Positions 46,220 through 55,832 of a stretch of 64,000 nucleotides of DNA are shown here, in pieces (position 1 is the first letter of the stretch; every line of letters begins with the position of its first letter). The stretch comes from a virus (Duplodnaviria > Heunggongvirae > Uroviricota > Caudoviricetes). The translations under genes and the position numbers were made by a program. The notes below the pieces were generated by a model, which was not told where the DNA came from, did not search any database, and saw only the letters and a program-made list of their open reading frames with translations. The stretch spans positions 15,712 through 79,711 of the IMG/VR virus record IMGVR_UViG_3300047476_001238; one strand, 5' to 3'.

Positions 46220-47246
46220 TTATTTCCAAATTGGGTTGCCATCGGGACCTTTTAGATCACGTTTCCAACTGTCCTGATTTAATTTTATAACCGCCTGTGG
46301 CAAGTGAACGTATTCTAGTTCTTCACTCATCTTGGCTCCGTTCTTCCAACTCCAATCAAAGAATTTAAGAACAGCACGACCTGTTAGCGCATCTGCCTGA
46401 GACTTGTGCATGATAATAAAACTTGCACCTGTTGCTGGCCAAGCATCTCGGCCTGTCTGCCAGGTTAGTAGCAAATACATACCAGGAGCATTGACCCAGT
46501 CTGCGCCGGCTGCTGCTGCTTTGAATGTTGAGTCATCTGGTGATACAAAATTGCCATCGCGATTTTTTAGCTGTGCAAAAGTAATTTTATTTCTTTTAGC
46601 GAATGCATATTCTACATAACCAAATGCACCTTTGATACGCTGCACTTGTACAGCAACGCCTTCGTTGCCTTTACCGCCTACACCCACTGGCCATTTGACA
46701 GCAGTACCTTCGCCAACACCTTTAGCAAAATCAGCACTGGCTTTGCTTAAGAAGTTAGTCCAGATAAATGTAGTGCCTGAACCATCTGCACGATGAATTA
46801 CCACGATAGGAATAGCAGGCATACTAACACCTGGGTTCAAGTCTGCGATTGCTTTGTCATTCCACTTAGTGATTTTACCAAGATGAATGTTTGCAACGAT
46901 TTCGGGGGTTAACTTCAATTGACCTGGCGCAATACCGTCTAAGTTAAAAACTGGAACTACTCCGCCAATGATTGCCGGGAATTGCATTAGGCCTTCTTTT
47001 TCAAGTTCTTCTAATTTTAGTGGCATATCACTAGCACCAAAGTCTACTGTTTTTCCTTTGATTTGCTTGATACCGCCGCCTGATCCAATTGATTGATAAT
47101 TGAGACCAATACCTGTTGCTGCTTTGTATGCCTCAGCCCACTTGGCATAGATAGGAAAAGGGAATGTTGCTCCTGCTCCTGTTAATTCTGCTGCTCCGGC
47201 ATATCCGGTTAGTGCAACGAATACAATTGCTAATAGTTTTTTCACT
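46220..47246 (-). CDS. pstS: phosphate ABC transporter substrate-binding protein
   Basis: GTG start with a GGAG RBS, a signal peptide, and PstS blocks TGAGATFPFPIY, SIGSGGG, DFGASD, ADGSGTTF. Confidence 0.88.
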
Positions 47247-47321
47247 CTATAATCTCCATTTAATGTGCATTGCACAATAATATTTAAACATAGCAAGATT
47301 ACAAGCGTGTTACAAAACCAT

Positions 47322-47348
47322 AAAAAAAGGCACAAAAGTGCCTTTTTT
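47322..47348. terminator. bidirectional rho-independent terminator (GGCAC-AAAA-GTGCC)
   Basis: Perfect hairpin flanked by an A-run and a T-run, between pstS and the OMP gene. Confidence 0.6.
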
Positions 47349-47368
47349 GATTAAAATATTTAATCTAA

Positions 47369-47929
47369 TTAGAAACTACGTGTATAACTCACACGCCATT
47401 GATTAGTTTCTGTGTCGCCGTAGCTACGTGCATAACGAACACCCACTGAATCTTTAGGTGTGACTGCATAGTTCAAGCCAAAGTGTGGTCTAGTGGTTTG
47501 AAAATTGTTAGCTGTGTCGTATGCATTACGATATCTAACACCCACATCACCACTCAGTGAGCCGGCGATAGGAAATCTTGTACCAACGATAACATTGTAC
47601 TGTGCAAAGGTGTCGTTTGATTTCACAATTTGTCCGGTACGTAGACTGACATATGGCTTTAGGGTACCAAGATCAAACAATCTAGTGACACGAGCCTCTA
47701 GTCCGTTTGTAATTGCGCCATCACCTAGTTCGGCTTGACTGGTACGCATCTGTACAGAAAAATCCCAAGTTTTGTCTACTGTCATACCAGGTACAATTGC
47801 GTAGGCATAGTTTTTGGCACTGGTGTTGACATTTTCTTCGTCGTAGTATTCGAAGCGAACGTATCCTTTGGTCTCAGCCTGCGCTGCACCAGCAATTAAT
47901 AATGCAAATAATAGTAAAAATTTTTTCAT
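47369..47929 (-). CDS. small outer membrane beta-barrel protein (OmpW/OmpA-like, 8-10 strands)
   Basis: Signal peptide MKKFLLLFALLIAGAAQA, alternating hydrophobic beta pattern, and a C-terminal ...YTRSF. Confidence 0.6.
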   Translation of the reverse strand: MKKFLLLFALLIAGAAQAETKGYVRFEYYDEENVNTSAKNYAYAIVPGMTVDKTWDFSVQMRTSQAELGDGAITNGLEARVTRLFDLGTLKPYVSLRTGQIVKSNDTFAQYNVIVGTRFPIAGSLSGDVGVRYRNAYDTANNFQTTRPHFGLNYAVTPKDSVGVRYARSYGDTETNQWRVSYTRSF

Positions 47930-47957
47930 TGTTTTCTCCTTAAAAAAAATTGTTTAA

Positions 47958-48797
47958 TTAATCAGCCCAATTGGACTGCATTTTAGTGACGTACTGATTT
48001 ACTTCATCTAAATCTTTTTGCTTGATATCCCAATTGGCAACTGTGTCTGATGTTTCTAAAAATTTGTTAAAGTCTCTGCTTTGAACAGCGTATCTAAGAT
48101 TTTTTAGAACATTGGGATCAGTTGCATTAGTGTATACCACATAGGTAATTTGGAAATTAGGAATAGGTAAATTTAGTTTTTTACCAATAAAGTTTTTGGC
48201 TGCGGGATCTGTGCTGTAGATACAATCAAGATTGGCGCCTTGTTTTTTTGCCATTCCTGATCCTATCCAACCCAGGTCAACATCGCCAGACCGTACAGCA
48301 GTCACAATTTCTGCGCTACCAGGATATGGAACCAATTTGGTACTTGATCCGGCGCTGACAAAATTGTTTTCATGCTTGGGTACGGCGTACATACTGGCCA
48401 TGCCTAGTGTAGTTTTGTTATTACCAAAATCCACTGTTGACCCTGGTTTACGGCAGATGTTCACATAAGTATAACCAATGAACAGTATCTGCTGAGGCTT
48501 AATGCCTGCCAATGAGCAATTGATTTTTTTATTGCGAGCAGCAAAATCAATTGAACTGTTGTAAACCATAACAGCATTTTTATTGTTGTTAAAAGTGGCG
48601 ATAGCATCTTCGCAATCTCGTGCTTGATACCAGTCTCCATTAACAGCACTTCTATAGGCCTGACCCACCACTGTGGCAGGACTGGCTTTGTTGCTTGGAT
48701 TGATCACAAGAGGTTCCACTAAGTTAGCTGAACCAGGTTCAGCTACAGCAGATCCCATTGTCAAAATCAAAGCAGTTATAAAACTAACAAATTTCAT
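47958..48797 (-). CDS. TctC/Bug-family-like periplasmic substrate-binding protein
   Basis: Signal peptide MKFVSFITALILTMGSAVA. LVPYPGSAEIVTAVRSGDVDLGW resembles the TctC VPYKGG...GG.VD motif. Confidence 0.55.
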   Translation of the reverse strand: MKFVSFITALILTMGSAVAEPGSANLVEPLVINPSNKASPATVVGQAYRSAVNGDWYQARDCEDAIATFNNNKNAVMVYNSSIDFAARNKKINCSLAGIKPQQILFIGYTYVNICRKPGSTVDFGNNKTTLGMASMYAVPKHENNFVSAGSSTKLVPYPGSAEIVTAVRSGDVDLGWIGSGMAKKQGANLDCIYSTDPAAKNFIGKKLNLPIPNFQITYVVYTNATDPNVLKNLRYAVQSRDFNKFLETSDTVANWDIKQKDLDEVNQYVTKMQSNWAD

Positions 48798-48808
48798 TTT
48801 TTTTCTCC

Positions 48809-50101
48809 TTAGAAATAAAGTGTGTAAGCTTGTAAATATAACCAAACAAGTTTGTCGCCCAAAATTATTGTAAACAACAATGGTAATGAGCTAACGTTCT
48901 TGAATTTTAAAATTAAACCTATTGTAGTAAAAAATGCAAGTAAAGTCAAGTATGATACTACCGTAGTTTCGGCTGTGTACAAGTCAATGCCTATCAGTGC
49001 TGCCACAACTCCAATCATGACAAATTTCATTCGAGAATGTAAACTCACAATCAATCTAGCATAAAAATCTATTAGCCGTGTGCTCAAAAAATAGTAAACA
49101 AACAAACTAACTGTTAACGAAATCGCAGTGATATCTAGCACAGTCAGTGTGCCCATGAAACTATTTTCAAATATAGCACTTGGTAAGAATAAACTTTTTA
49201 AGTCTGCCAGATTTGACATTATCAAAGTGTTTTGATTGATTGGTAATGCAAATGCCAGCAGCGGCAATGCACATGCAATAACCGAACTGTTGTTTGCAGT
49301 TTCAGCAGCAACGATTCGATCATTAGTGCCAATTGTGGTTTTATAGGCCAATACTGATGCAGTAGTTGCACTTGGTCCGGGAACCAGTCCGGCCACTATA
49401 CCAAGTACAGTTGACTTCGCAGTCAGCCATAAATTTTGAGTTCTGCGAGCGATGTAATTCAATTGACTGTCATAGGTTGAACTGTCGTGTTTGGCAAACA
49501 CCTGCGGTATGATCATTACTCCCAGTAGTACCATAAAGAATGTGTACCCTTGAAATAAAGTTTTTAGTTCAAACCACGATGCTGTGATTGCATAATTGTT
49601 CTGTGGACTAATTGCAAATCCTAAACAGATTAACAATAAGGTCCACAGATAGTTTTTGTTTACATACAACAAACTTAATAACGTGATTGTGTATAAAACT
49701 ATCTGAAACTTTATACTGGACAAGAATGGTAAATTATCCAAGTTTACATACTGTAAAGCCACGTAGAGAAACACAGTACTCGCTATACCTGCAATTAAAC
49801 TACCAACAGCAGTTTGATACAACAATGCACGACGTTCATCTAGTGTAAGATAATCTAGATCTTTGAGATATACTAAAGAACTTTCTTCCCCAGGTATCTT
49901 GGTTGTAATAGTGGCCACGCTGCCAAAAAATTGACTGCCAGACACTACTACTAACCAAAACACCAGCAAGTACTCCAACGATAAATCGTTGTGAAAGTAA
50001 TACAGTATGAAAGGGCCTATGTAAACAGGCAATGCTGGAAGCAAGCCTGTTATGATACCCACAAAGATACCTGCCAGAATAATTAAAGTTAATGTAATCA
50101 C
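48809..50101 (-). CDS. tctA: TctA-family (tripartite tricarboxylate transporter large subunit) membrane protein
   Basis: 430 aa polytopic protein with repeated halves and the GLVPGPSATTA signature of TctA/DUF112. Starts on a GTG. Confidence 0.75.
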   Translation of the reverse strand: MITLTLIILAGIFVGIITGLLPALPVYIGPFILYYFHNDLSLEYLLVFWLVVVSGSQFFGSVATITTKIPGEESSLVYLKDLDYLTLDERRALLYQTAVGSLIAGIASTVFLYVALQYVNLDNLPFLSSIKFQIVLYTITLLSLLYVNKNYLWTLLLICLGFAISPQNNYAITASWFELKTLFQGYTFFMVLLGVMIIPQVFAKHDSSTYDSQLNYIARRTQNLWLTAKSTVLGIVAGLVPGPSATTASVLAYKTTIGTNDRIVAAETANNSSVIACALPLLAFALPINQNTLIMSNLADLKSLFLPSAIFENSFMGTLTVLDITAISLTVSLFVYYFLSTRLIDFYARLIVSLHSRMKFVMIGVVAALIGIDLYTAETTVVSYLTLLAFFTTIGLILKFKNVSSLPLLFTIILGDKLVWLYLQAYTLYF

Positions 50102-50269
50102 GATGCCAAAATAAACTCGTAGAGAAATTACAATCTCAAAATTTAGTTTATATGCTTGTAGGGGATCTACGTACGGTCGGCGTTATACTGAAACACAGTA
50201 AAAAGGAGTTGTTTCTCTCCCCGTCGATTTTTGAACCGGCGTCAACAGAACGTTGGCGCTGCATAAGTT

Positions 50270-50277
50270 TATTTATA
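50270..50277 (-). promoter_or_regulatory. T4-type late promoter motif TATAAATA, about 170 nt upstream of tctA and overlapping the GT17 stop codon
   Basis: Exact octamer on the coding strand. Confidence 0.4.
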
Positions 50278-51103
50278 CTAGATAAGATCTTGCACTAGGA
50301 AAATTTCCAACAATAATATTGCTACTACCTTGTACATGCTTGGGCAAGTATTCATCTACTGCAACAGGAGCAAAACGATAATTTACATCGGTCTGTATAA
50401 TACCTGCACCACGTGCTATACTGGCTTCTATGTCCAGCTGTTCGAGTATGTCTGGCCGATTGGTTTCTGCATGAGCAAAACTTTGTATTTTGGTTTTTGC
50501 AAAATCTTCGTTGCCAAGATAAGTGAAATGCCACCCGGCATGTTCAACAATTTCCAGCATGGAATCTCGGGCTCCGTATTCAAAATCATTTAATGCGTGT
50601 CGCATGCGTCTAAAATCTTCTGCACTGACCAATAGTTTTTTTCTTAATGCGCCGGACCAGACTGTGTAGCAATCTTGGTTGATCAGCATGTAATTGTATC
50701 GGAAATTGAACAGGGGCATACGGAATCCCCAAATACTTCTTTCACTGGTTCTTAGATAATCCACTGTTTCTGGACGCGGAATTTCGTCTGCATCACCAAT
50801 CATGATAATATCTTCTGGTGCGGCATCGGCTACCGCTTGCACAATAGCATCGCGTTGATACCGTTCTCTTGCCCAAGCATCTGTGTCCACAGGCATATCT
50901 TCTACTACATAATGTATTATTTTGTCTGCCCATTCAGCGAATCGAATCGCATTTTCTTTGTAGTACAATGGTTTTTCTTTGTTCTGGAAAGTTCTTCTGG
51001 CTTCAACCAAAACAAAATGATCCACATGATCATAAAGTTCACGGAGACGTAGTTCTAGTAGCTCGAACTCGTTAAAAAATGTAAAACAGTCGTAGATTTT
51101 CAT
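50273..51103 (-). CDS. glycosyltransferase family 17-like protein
   Basis: N-terminus MKIYDCFTFFNEFELLELRL is typical of bacterial and phage GT17 homologs. DADEIP acidic motif present. Confidence 0.65.
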   Translation of the reverse strand: MKIYDCFTFFNEFELLELRLRELYDHVDHFVLVEARRTFQNKEKPLYYKENAIRFAEWADKIIHYVVEDMPVDTDAWARERYQRDAIVQAVADAAPEDIIMIGDADEIPRPETVDYLRTSERSIWGFRMPLFNFRYNYMLINQDCYTVWSGALRKKLLVSAEDFRRMRHALNDFEYGARDSMLEIVEHAGWHFTYLGNEDFAKTKIQSFAHAETNRPDILEQLDIEASIARGAGIIQTDVNYRFAPVAVDEYLPKHVQGSSNIIVGNFPSARSYLV

Positions 51104-51154
51104 GTCAATACTTAGTATAATAAATACTCTACAAATTGATTTTCAAGGAACTAT

Positions 51155-51796
51155 ATGCACGCCGTTGCTAGTCTACACGATGCCAATTATGCTGATTTGG
51201 CAAAACTAACCGATTCACCAAAACAAGAATACTGCGAACGTCACGGATACAAATTTTTTGTGCTTGATGAAATGAAGTATAGCACAATTACTGGCTTTAA
51301 CAAAATTCATTTTACTCTAGACTTATTCCAACAGCACCCAGAAATTGAATGGCTGTTGTTTAGTGAGTGCGACGCAATGATTACCAATTTAACAATTCGA
51401 ATTGAGGATCGTGTGGATGACAACTATCACTTTATTGTGCCTGTGGATCGACTGAATCTAAACTCAGGCAATTTCCTGGCTCGCAATAGCGAACAAGGTC
51501 GTGCATACTTGCAAATGATTGTAGACAGTGAAGCCGAATACAAAGATGTTGAATGGGCCGAACAACAAGTGATCATCGATACCATTGATCAATACCAAGA
51601 CATTGTCAAAATTGTTCCGCAAAAATACATGAACAGCTACGAACCGGAAATTTACGACTACTGCGACGCCAGCCGAGATATACTAGGCAACAGCGGTGCG
51701 TGGGAACCCGGAGATTGGATTGTTCATTGGCCCGGAACATACAAACCCACACGCATCAGTCGAGCAAATCATCACCTATCACAATTGACCAGATGA
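51155..51796 (+). CDS. putative GT-A glycosyltransferase (GMA12/MNN10-like)
   Basis: DXD-like ECD and a C-terminal HWPG. Confidence is low. Confidence 0.4.
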   Translation: MHAVASLHDANYADLAKLTDSPKQEYCERHGYKFFVLDEMKYSTITGFNKIHFTLDLFQQHPEIEWLLFSECDAMITNLTIRIEDRVDDNYHFIVPVDRLNLNSGNFLARNSEQGRAYLQMIVDSEAEYKDVEWAEQQVIIDTIDQYQDIVKIVPQKYMNSYEPEIYDYCDASRDILGNSGAWEPGDWIVHWPGTYKPTRISRANHHLSQLTR

Positions 51797-52635
51797 AAAT
51801 TTTTATTACTGGCGCTACAGGTTTTGTTGGGCAAAACCTAGTAGATTATTATTCTAAACGCGGTCACGAAGTCTATGCATTTCGTAGAGATGAGCAATTA
51901 CACGAATGCTTGCGTAAATTTCAGCCAGACGCTATAATTAACTCAGCAGCCGAGATATACGATCCCGAACACATGTTTGAACCGAACATTGTAATGGTTC
52001 AGACTGTGTTAGAATATGTTCGCGAATGTGATCAATACTGCCGTTTGGTTCAAATTGGTTCCAGCAGTGAATATGGGCCAACTGATCACTCAACTGCTGA
52101 AACAGATTTATTGAAGCCAGTTGATTACTATCAAGCTACCAAAGGTGCTGCAACATTGATGTGCCAAGGCTGGGCAAGATTTTTCAATTTGCCCGTTTGG
52201 ATTGTGAGACCGTACAGTGTATATGGCCCAGGTGAACGACCGCATAGATTGTTTCCTAGGTTGTATCGTGCGTTCAATTACAACGAGCCAATGACTCTGT
52301 ATCAAGGACATCATGATTTCATTTATATAAATGATTTTGTTCGTGGAATTGATTTGGTATTGCAAGAATGGGACCTGGCTCCGGGAGAAATTGTGAACTT
52401 CGGTAGCGGATCACAAACAAGTAATTTTGATCTATTGGACTTATGGATACGTATTACAGAAAATACCAATGCACCGGTGGCCAAGGTGGCCGAAATGCGA
52501 AAGGCGTTTGAAAACAACGTATGGGTCTGTGACGTTGCCAAATCTTTCAAATTGGGATTTGACTGCGAGTACACATTAGAAACAGGAATAAGAGATTTTT
52601 TATTAAAGGCAAAATATGATAGAACGATTAATTAA
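51793..52635 (+). CDS. NAD-dependent sugar epimerase/reductase (SDR, RmlD/GalE-like)
   Basis: Start at the ATG overlapping the upstream stop (ATGA). Rossmann motif ITGATGFVGQNL and YYQATK (YxxxK). Confidence 0.78.
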   Translation: MKIFITGATGFVGQNLVDYYSKRGHEVYAFRRDEQLHECLRKFQPDAIINSAAEIYDPEHMFEPNIVMVQTVLEYVRECDQYCRLVQIGSSSEYGPTDHSTAETDLLKPVDYYQATKGAATLMCQGWARFFNLPVWIVRPYSVYGPGERPHRLFPRLYRAFNYNEPMTLYQGHHDFIYINDFVRGIDLVLQEWDLAPGEIVNFGSGSQTSNFDLLDLWIRITENTNAPVAKVAEMRKAFENNVWVCDVAKSFKLGFDCEYTLETGIRDFLLKAKYDRTIN

Positions 52636-53323
52636 AACAAGTCAACAAAAGGACTTTGTTTATCAAAGCGAACATCCCGATGTCACGGCATGGTTCAATA
52701 ATCCAGAAAATTACACTGATGTAATTTTGAAACAAATAAACGAGGACGGCATGTACGATCCTATTTTTGCTGGACGCACTGATATGACTGTGCTTGATCT
52801 TGGAGCCAATTGCGGACTGTTCAGTTTATATGCAGCAGACAGTTGCAAGAAACTGATCTCTGTAGAACCAACACCAAAAACATTTGGTGTACTACAAGAA
52901 ATTGTTCGAGATCACGCAAATATTACTCCATTACAACTGGCTATTGGTCCACACAACGAAATGATTTCGTTCTATATTAACGAAAACTCAACCACCAATA
53001 GCATGCTCAATCGTAATGGCACCGAAACTCAAGTACAATGTATGACCCTAGAAACTTTGTTTCACATGCAGGGACTTGATCATGTAGACTTTATCAAATG
53101 TGACATTGAAGGTTCAGAAATGCAAGCATTAACTGATGCTACTCTTGGTCCAATTGCAGACCGGGTTAATTTTTGGTTTGTGGAAGTTCACCAAACTGAT
53201 GTTAAAGAAAATGCCTGGCCTGGCAACCTGGGTGCAAATAGGCAGCAACTTGCTGAACTGTTTCAACGTCACGGGTATCAAACTGAAATGGTCATTCACG
53301 ATCAATTGCTTGCATGGAAATGA
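52616..53323 (+). CDS. FkbM-family SAM methyltransferase
   Basis: VLDLGANCGLFSLYAA and FIKCDIEGSE FkbM signature blocks. Confidence 0.75.
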   Translation: MIERLIKTSQQKDFVYQSEHPDVTAWFNNPENYTDVILKQINEDGMYDPIFAGRTDMTVLDLGANCGLFSLYAADSCKKLISVEPTPKTFGVLQEIVRDHANITPLQLAIGPHNEMISFYINENSTTNSMLNRNGTETQVQCMTLETLFHMQGLDHVDFIKCDIEGSEMQALTDATLGPIADRVNFWFVEVHQTDVKENAWPGNLGANRQQLAELFQRHGYQTEMVIHDQLLAWK

Positions 53324-53934
53324 ACACACTAGCTCGTAGGGTAATTGATATTACCTACCAAGAACGTCTGAGTCACCTCAGCTCGACACTGAGTGCTTTG
53401 CCTATTATTGAAGAAATTTATGCTCAGAAGAAGGATGATGAAGTATTCATTCTGAGTAATGGTCATGCAGGACTTGCTCTATACGTGGTGCTTGAAAAAT
53501 ACCACGGTGTTGATCCAGTTGCTATGCTTCACAAACATGGGATCCATCCAGGTAGAGATCTAGAGAATCATTTGTACTGCTCTACAGGCAGTCTTGGTTC
53601 TGGATTACCTATCGCAGTTGGACACGCATTGGCAACTCCCAACAAGCAAGTTTACTGCATGATCAGTGACGGCGAAGCAGCCGAAGGTAGTATCTGGGAA
53701 GCATTACGTTTTATACAAGATAATAACATCACTAATCTACATGTGTACGTAAACATCAATGGTATGGGTGCATACGATGAGTTAGATACTCATCAATTGG
53801 CCTATCGGCTAGAAGCATTTTTACCTAGGATCAATTTAAGATTTAGCGATCCACCGCGATGGTCATTTGCAAAAGACCTACTAACACATTATTATGTTCT
53901 TAAAGAGCAAGACTACAAGGAGATTACTCAATGA
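53314..53934 (+). CDS. transketolase-like TPP enzyme, N-terminal (PP-domain) subunit
   Basis: GH...GSLGSGLPIAVGHALA and SDGEAAEGSIWEA (GDG-x-EG) thiamine-diphosphate-binding motifs. Only 206 aa. Confidence 0.8.
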   Translation: MEMNTLARRVIDITYQERLSHLSSTLSALPIIEEIYAQKKDDEVFILSNGHAGLALYVVLEKYHGVDPVAMLHKHGIHPGRDLENHLYCSTGSLGSGLPIAVGHALATPNKQVYCMISDGEAAEGSIWEALRFIQDNNITNLHVYVNINGMGAYDELDTHQLAYRLEAFLPRINLRFSDPPRWSFAKDLLTHYYVLKEQDYKEITQ

Positions 53935-54413
53935 GAAAAGAGTGTGCTAGTCTGTTATTAGAAAGCATGGTCAATACCGACCATATTCGTGTGATCACTG
54001 CTGATCTTGGATTTGGCATTTTGGACCAAATTCGCAATGCTTTTCCAGAACGTTTTTACAATGTTGGTGCAGCCGAACAACTGATGATTGGTGCTGCTGT
54101 AGGAATGGCACAAGAAGGTCTAGTACCTGTGTGTTATTCGATGAGTAGCTTTTTGCTCTATCGTCCTTTTGAATTCTTACGCAATTATGTCAATCACGAA
54201 CAGATACCAGTTAAACTGATTGGCTCTGGTAGAGATCGGGATTATAGCCACGATGGTATTAGCCATTGGGCACACGATGACGAACAGGTGCTTGCTGCTT
54301 TACCAAATATTAAATTATACAAACCTCAATCAATTGCTGAACTAGAGGATATTTGGCCTGTGTTTATTGGTTCCAAAGAACCTGCTTATTTAAATTTGAC
54401 AAGAAAAATATGA
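53931..54413 (+). CDS. transketolase-like TPP enzyme, pyrimidine-binding subunit (short, lacks the C-terminal domain)
   Basis: FNVGAAEQ, a Pyr-domain GxDGxTH-like SHDGISHWAHDD, and only 160 aa. Confidence 0.7.
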   Translation: MRKECASLLLESMVNTDHIRVITADLGFGILDQIRNAFPERFYNVGAAEQLMIGAAVGMAQEGLVPVCYSMSSFLLYRPFEFLRNYVNHEQIPVKLIGSGRDRDYSHDGISHWAHDDEQVLAALPNIKLYKPQSIAELEDIWPVFIGSKEPAYLNLTRKI

Positions 54414-55366
54414 CAACAAAAGTAGTTTACGTCACCGGCTGTCTGGGCTTTATTGGATATCACGTGACTAAAAAATGTCTAGCACAAGGATACTATGTTA
54501 TTGGTGTAGACAAGAAAACCTATGCAGCAAATGTACAGTTCCTTCCAGAACTGTTAGAATATAAAGATCAGTTCAAGTTCATTGATTCCGATATCAACGA
54601 TCTTGACATGCTGTACGACTGTGATTATATTATCAATACCGCAGCCGAGACACATGTTGATAACAGTATTGTGAGCAGTGATGTTTTCTTACGTAGCAAT
54701 GTAAATGGTGTACATCATTTGCTCAACTTGATCAAAGAGCGTCATCGTTTCAAAATGCCCACGCTACTGCATTTTAGTACAGACGAAGTCTACGGCGACA
54801 TCGAAGAAGGCGCACATGTTGAAACAGATCTACTAAAACCTAGTAATCCTTATTCGGCCACAAAAGCAGCAGCGGATCAATTGATTATTGCATGGGCACG
54901 TACATTCCGGGTGCCTTATGTTATTGTTAGACCTACAAACAATTACGGCATTGGTCAATACACAGAAAAGTTTATTCCTAAAACTATTAAGAGTTTGCAG
55001 TTAGGAAGAAAAATTCCGCTGCATGATGCCGGTATGCCACGCCGTACTTGGCTTCATGTGAGTGATACTGCATCGGCTGTTATAAAAATCATTGAGTCTG
55101 GTGTTCAAAACGAAATTTTCAACATAAGCGGAAATCACGAAGAACAAAATATTGTGATTGCCATGCAAATTATTGATATGTTTTGTCCCAACGAAGTAGA
55201 CGATTACGATTTGTATTTGGACTTGTCTATTAAACGACCCGGACAAGATGTTCGATACAGTATTGACGATCAAAAATTAAAGGCTCTTGGATGGAAACCA
55301 AAAGCTATTTTTGAAGTAGAACTGGCTAAGATTGTTCAGTACTATTCCCAGACGTTTGTGTGGTAG
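54410..55366 (+). CDS. NDP-sugar 4,6-dehydratase/epimerase (SDR)
   Basis: ATGA-coupled start. VYVTGCLGFIGYHV, STDEVYG, YSATKAAAD. Confidence 0.82.
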   Translation: MTTKVVYVTGCLGFIGYHVTKKCLAQGYYVIGVDKKTYAANVQFLPELLEYKDQFKFIDSDINDLDMLYDCDYIINTAAETHVDNSIVSSDVFLRSNVNGVHHLLNLIKERHRFKMPTLLHFSTDEVYGDIEEGAHVETDLLKPSNPYSATKAAADQLIIAWARTFRVPYVIVRPTNNYGIGQYTEKFIPKTIKSLQLGRKIPLHDAGMPRRTWLHVSDTASAVIKIIESGVQNEIFNISGNHEEQNIVIAMQIIDMFCPNEVDDYDLYLDLSIKRPGQDVRYSIDDQKLKALGWKPKAIFEVELAKIVQYYSQTFVW

Positions 55367-55832
55367 CAACTTCAATCCACGTATAATCACCTAACCACTT
55401 GACTGGTGCAATGTAGCTATAGCTCTCCGGTGCACCAGTCGTCCAGTCATTGGGTCCTTGGTGACACAATCTAGTACGATTTATTTTACTATCAAAACAT
55501 AACCAATAGGTTTGTCCGTGGTATACCTGAAACTGATATTCAGCTGCATGTACTGCATCAGTGATGTACAATCTACGTTTTATATCGTCGGCCTGTTTCT
55601 GTAAGACCTTTACCAAATCCATAATACGATCATACTCTTGCTCGGCGTGCATGCGAGCAACATTGACCATTATATCTTTTTGTTTTTGTACGGGAATTAA
55701 ATCAAAGGCGGGACCACCAACTTCGGTGGCGTAGGGTGTGATATTTTTATTAAAAAAGGCGACTAATTCGCCGCCTATTTGTGCATCGTAGCTGTCCTTG
55801 CCTTTAGCTACATTACTTTTTTTCTTGCTCAT
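55326..55832 (-). CDS. hypothetical protein (168 aa)
   Basis: ORF with no motif. Confidence 0.45.
   Translation of the reverse strand: MSKKKSNVAKGKDSYDAQIGGELVAFFNKNITPYATEVGGPAFDLIPVQKQKDIMVNVARMHAEQEYDRIMDLVKVLQKQADDIKRRLYITDAVHAAEYQFQVYHGQTYWLCFDSKINRTRLCHQGPNDWTTGAPESYSYIAPVKWLGDYTWIEVATTQTSGNSTEQS

Noticed and set aside
50102-50272. Possible tRNA or other structured RNA gene in the long tctA-GT17 intergenic region
   Set aside because: No cloverleaf could be built. No GTTCRANYC T-loop, no acceptor-stem complementarity and no anticodon-arm pattern. Better explained as a promoter/5'UTR region and reported as a finding instead.
44704-50272. Host-like transporter block as an inserted mobile element or assembly chimera
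   Set aside because: No integrase, transposase, inverted terminal repeats or att-like direct repeats flank it. It carries phage-type signals (a TATAAATA motif, the same terminator style) and the minus-strand orientation continues on both sides. Horizontal acquisition is likely, but a discrete mobile element cannot be called.
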